Below, in pieces: positions 59,863-64,000 of a stretch of 64,000 nucleotides of DNA. The DNA is from Podarcis erhardii (Eukaryota), in NCBI GenBank assembly GCA_964252035.1, contig OZ176205.1; one strand, written 5' to 3'. The notes beneath the pieces were generated by a model, which searched no databases, was not told where the DNA came from, and saw nothing but the letters and a program-made list of their open reading frames with translations. The position numbers and the translations under genes are program-made. Every line of letters starts with the position of its first letter. The first letter of the stretch is position 1.

Positions 59863-60956
59863 AGCCCTTCCCCAGTATGCATATGTTACACAGTAGGCAT
59901 ATGGATACACACACCGAAAAATGTCGTTCTAGGTGAGAAGTTGATTTCTTGCTGCACAATTAAATACAAAGTATATTTTAAAAAAACCAACAACTGTGTA
60001 AGACCTCCAACTGGAGTACCACTACCAGCTGGGAGTAGAAGATCCTAGACTAGCATTCATGCCCATGCTAACTAGGGAGTTGTCCACTTAGCTGGTCAAG
60101 CTGGTCCTTCTGCACAGATCCATTCAACCAACCTTCTGAATATGTCCATTTGGTCATATAAATCAGTCCTCAATCAAATTAAGAATAGACCAAAGTACCA
60201 AACAAAGCTGCAACATTTCCAAAGTCACGGAAGCATGCTGTTACCCACATGGGAAATAAATATGTCTGCTACACTGATAGAAATTGTAGTAAGGAAATCT
60301 CAAAATACTAAAGTTTGCAAACATTTGACTAAAATGTTATAGTTCCATGTTAGAAGTTAAGTTTTCTAGTTTACATCTTCAGACTTCCATTTTCTCAGTT
60401 ACTTCTATGAGGTAAGCTAAGGATATATTGCAATAGGTTCCTTTTCCCTCCATTTACAGCTGTTGTCATCAAGAAGGTACACTGCACTACTTATTTCTAA
60501 ACACATTCTGTTCTGTACTTCCATTTGCCTGTTATAGTTCTTCTAAATCCATCTTCATATTATCACACTTATTTCCTTTACCTTCTCACAGCTCTTGTTC
60601 TGGACAGATTTACCAAGCATGTCATCTTCCTTATTTCTCCAGACATTGTACTCAAATTTCCGAAATAAATGATGAACTGAGTTACAAAATACTTTGTAAT
60701 TGTTCTCATACCAAACATCTAATTCCTTCCTTCGCTATCTCCTACACATTCATTTTATAATATGAATTTTACTGATTTATTTTTTTGAACATATGGCACC
60801 TTGCATCCTTTATCAGTTGCAATGCACAATCATACCTGGGTTCAAATAATGAAATTTTCACATATTTTCTGCATGTTAAAGAACCCCTGTGCTTCCACTG
60901 TAGAAACCCAAGCTATTGTTTACCTGGCCTATATTGTTTACTCTTTCTGTTTTTAG

Positions 60957-61309
60957 GCAAAGGTAAAGGGACCCCTGACCATTAGGTCCAGTCGTGACCG
61001 ACTCTGGGGTTGCGGCGCTCATCTCGCTTTATTGGCCGAGGGAGCTGGTGTACAGTTTCTGGGTCATGTGGCCAGCATGACTAAGCCGCTTCTGGCTAAC
61101 CAGAGCTGCGCACAGAAATGCCGTTTACCTTCCCACCAGAGCAGTACCTATTTATCTACTTGCACTTTGACATGCTTTCGGACTGCTAGGTTGGCAGGAA
61201 CAGGGACCGAGCAACGGGAGCTCACCCCGTCGCGGGGATTCGAACTGCCAACCACCTGATGGGCAAGTCCTAGGCTCTGTGATTTAACCCACAGCACCAC
61301 CCGTGTCCC
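60957..61309 (-). mobile_element. Sauria SINE (young subfamily)
   Basis: Full length; TSD TTTCTGTTTTTAG (60944-60956; 61312-61324). Confidence 0.93.
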
Positions 61310-62177
61310 TGTTTCTGTTTTTAGAGATCCCATCAAAAATGGTAACTGGTTCCGTTCTTAGAAGATCACTGGAGCAAATAATATCATGGTCATGTAAAGA
61401 AGACGACATAATTTTGGAAGTCAGCTTTACAAAAGGCACCATGCTAGATCTTTCATTTTAGTATTAAAGAATTCCAAGGGATGAAATCCAACTGCTGCTG
61501 TCCGTGTGCTGATAAATGGGAAATGAGGTGAAACTGTAGATCAAAAGAAACCAGTAACATTTGTTTTACATTCTGTTGCTTTTGTAACATCTGTGACACT
61601 AGCATCTGAGTAACTAGAAGAAGTGTCTAAATGTCTGTTTCACAAGTATTGTTCAGATCTTTTGGAGAATTTTCCTTATCAAATGCTGCATCTGAGATAC
61701 AGATATAGATACAGATATAGATATGCCTACTATGGAAAAGCTTGTGATCCACCCCCTGCCCCTTCCCAGTATCTTATTATATGAGATTTACAAAAATACA
61801 ACTGCTACTGTTTTTTTAACGAAGTGTCCTTAGCCCTGTGGATTTTTTGCACACTGCCAGTGACTCTAGCAGAACCTGAGTAACGTTTCAGCAAACTAGC
61901 AGTCAACAAAAACTGCATCCCTTATACTATGGGCAAGAACAGTTAAGCCACCTAGCTATTTTGTCTATTGAGTGTCAACTTGGAAGAGAATTTGGGGAAA
62001 TTATACATGCTTTTGCAATGAAAAAGACCAGAAAAATAAAATTTTTAAGTTAACTGGTTTATTTATCAAATGTGTGCAGTAATGTTCTTACATTAGTATA
62101 AAAGCAGAATGCAACAGACTGCTGATGGAAGCACATTGCCAATAACATGTGACACGATTGTAAAAACATTCTGTGCT

Positions 62178-62500
62178 GGCTGCCCATCTACTACCGATCC
62201 AGGTTCAAGGTTCTTGTATTAATTTACAAAGCCCTGAATAACCGAGGTCCAGGGACTACCTGGACCCTTATATTCCAGCTCAGTCACTGAGATCATCTGT
62301 TAGGAGCATCGCTGCTTGTCCCCCAAGTTCTAAAGCTCATGGGACTTCAACCTGAAACCAAGCCTTTCATGTCATTGATCTAGTTGAGTAGGGTGCTCTT
62401 CAACTAGCAAATTAGGAGGTATACTCTATATTAGCCTTTGAATATTTGCTGCAAACCTTTCTGTAATAGCTGGTGATCTGTTATAAATTTTAATGTATTT
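62178..62500 (+). mobile_element. Old L2-clade LINE 3' fragment
   Basis: Frame WLPIYYRSRFKVLVLIYKALNN matches the L2 C-terminal motif. Confidence 0.65.
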
Positions 62501-63169
62501 TTATTGTGGTCCTATAATGGTTGTAAACAACTTTGATTTTTTTTTTTAAAAAATGAAATAACAGTACACAAATATTTTTATAAAATAAAGATAACATCAA
62601 CAGGATAATATTTTTATTAGGAGCAACAACAACAAAGTTACAAAATAAAAATCTTTATAAAACTCTTCTTCAAGCCGAATAGTATATGAAACAAAAATAG
62701 TGAATGATTACTTTTTTCAGGTGGATGGTAGAAAAGCCATGAGATTGTAGGTGTAGGGTGGGACAGGGGCCTGCATTACAAGTTTGTACCCACCAAAATG
62801 ATGCTTGAGCTCTGTGTTCCATCCCAAGGGAATGAAATATAAAGGCATATTTGACAGCTGCCCCCACAAACCATGTCAACTGTCTAGAGATTTGTCAAAG
62901 TCTGAGCCTCAGTATTTTCCAGAATCTACTATAAATCTTGGTGCATCAATGTTTGATATGCGTTTGGACACCTCTAAAGATAACCTAACCAATTTTTGCA
63001 TAGCAATTCCAAAGATCAGGAATAAAGTTTTTGTCTGTGTTTAGATACAACTAGATGCCATTTTGAATCAAGATGGCAGTCTAAACTTTTTAAACACCAA
63101 ATCCTATCAGCTCTAGTTAGCATGGCCAATGGTCAGGAATGATTAGAGTCATAGTACAACCACATCTGA

Positions 63170-63518
63170 GGGACGCGGGTGGCACTGTGGTCTAAACCAC
63201 AGAGCCTAGGGCTTGCCAATCAGAAGGTCGGCGGTTCAAATCCCCATGACAGGGTGAGCTCCCGTTGCTCGCTCCCTGCTCCTGCCCACCTAGCAGTTCG
63301 AAAGCACGTCAAAGTGCAAATAGATAAATAGGTACCGCTTCGGCGGGAAGGTAAATGGCGTTTCCATGCGCTGCTCTGGTTCGCCAGAAGCGCTTAGTCA
63401 TGCTAGCCACATGACCCGGAAGCTGTACATCAGCTCCCTCGGCCAATAAAGCGAGATGAGCGCCGCAACCCCAGAGTCGGTCACGACTGGACCTAATGGT
63501 CTGGGGTCCCTTTACCTT
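63170..63518 (+). mobile_element. Sauria SINE (young subfamily)
   Basis: Full length GGGACGCGGGTGGCACTGTGG...CCCTTTACCTT; TSD TACAACCACATCT (63155-63167; 63519-63531). Confidence 0.94.
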
Positions 63519-64000
63519 TACAACCACATCTAGAGAGCCACAAGTTAGCCTCCCACTCTTCCTGCTGTTATTACAGTAGTAGTGAAGTTGAACAAAACAG
63601 AATTTCTGAACAGCTGCAGCTGCTTGTGAAGAGACGAGAAAATCTGTATCTACTGTAATGATCTCTTTTGCACAATTATCATGAGCCCCAACACTTCAAA
63701 ATCCAAAAGAGATCCAGGAAGTTACAGAGCTGTCTAATTGCTTCAATAGTGAGAAGTTTGGGAAATTAATGAGAAATATTATCCATGCTAAGAAGAAGAA
63801 CAACCAAACTCTCTTTTTCTCCAATATCTATGCTTTTTAATATAGTTAATATAGTTGCAACTTGCAAGTAATGCATGAAACACAAGGAATGGATAATTCA
63901 TGATAACTGCAGGGAAATGAGTCATAGCTAGAATGTGGGAAAACCAAACAAACATTTATTCTACGTGTACTTTGAATATGGGACATAGTCACCATGGAAA

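Noticed and set aside
8683-63518. tRNA-like A/B-box sequences at several SINE heads
   Set aside because: They continue into SINE bodies with LINE-derived tails and TSDs and do not form complete cloverleafs; not tRNA genes.

Overview
Vertebrate genomic DNA, most likely a lacertid lizard (possibly Podarcis; inferred from the Sauria-SINE variants). The window holds the 5' end of CHD6 on the minus strand. A CpG-island promoter and candidate non-coding exon 1 (donor at 57645/57644) are followed by a 38.1-kb intron 1, exon 2 (19586-19531, start codon, MIMKIQKKEKQ), a 13.9-kb intron 2 and exon 3 (5673-5156). Exon 4 is not visible. The rest is intronic or upstream DNA dense in transposon remnants: Sauria SINEs, other tRNA-derived SINEs, L2, CR1, L1 and RTE fragments, TA-targeting Tc1/mariner-type MITEs, hAT MITEs, a solo LTR and two Penelope-like (PLE) insertions. 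Each PLE insertion carries a minimal type I hammerhead ribozyme motif. One (41005-41052) lies in the CHD6 sense orientation in intron 1, just behind an uninterrupted GIY-YIG endonuclease frame. The other (16089-16128) is embedded in a perfect 71-bp inverted repeat that should lock it off. A second, unexplained 77-bp inverted repeat lies at 53885-54053, and exon 1 spliced to exon 2 is open in frame with CHD6 for 57 extra codons. Most ORFs in the supplied track are spurious, and some start at non-ATG codons. Repeat family names come from recognition of motifs, not from a database search.
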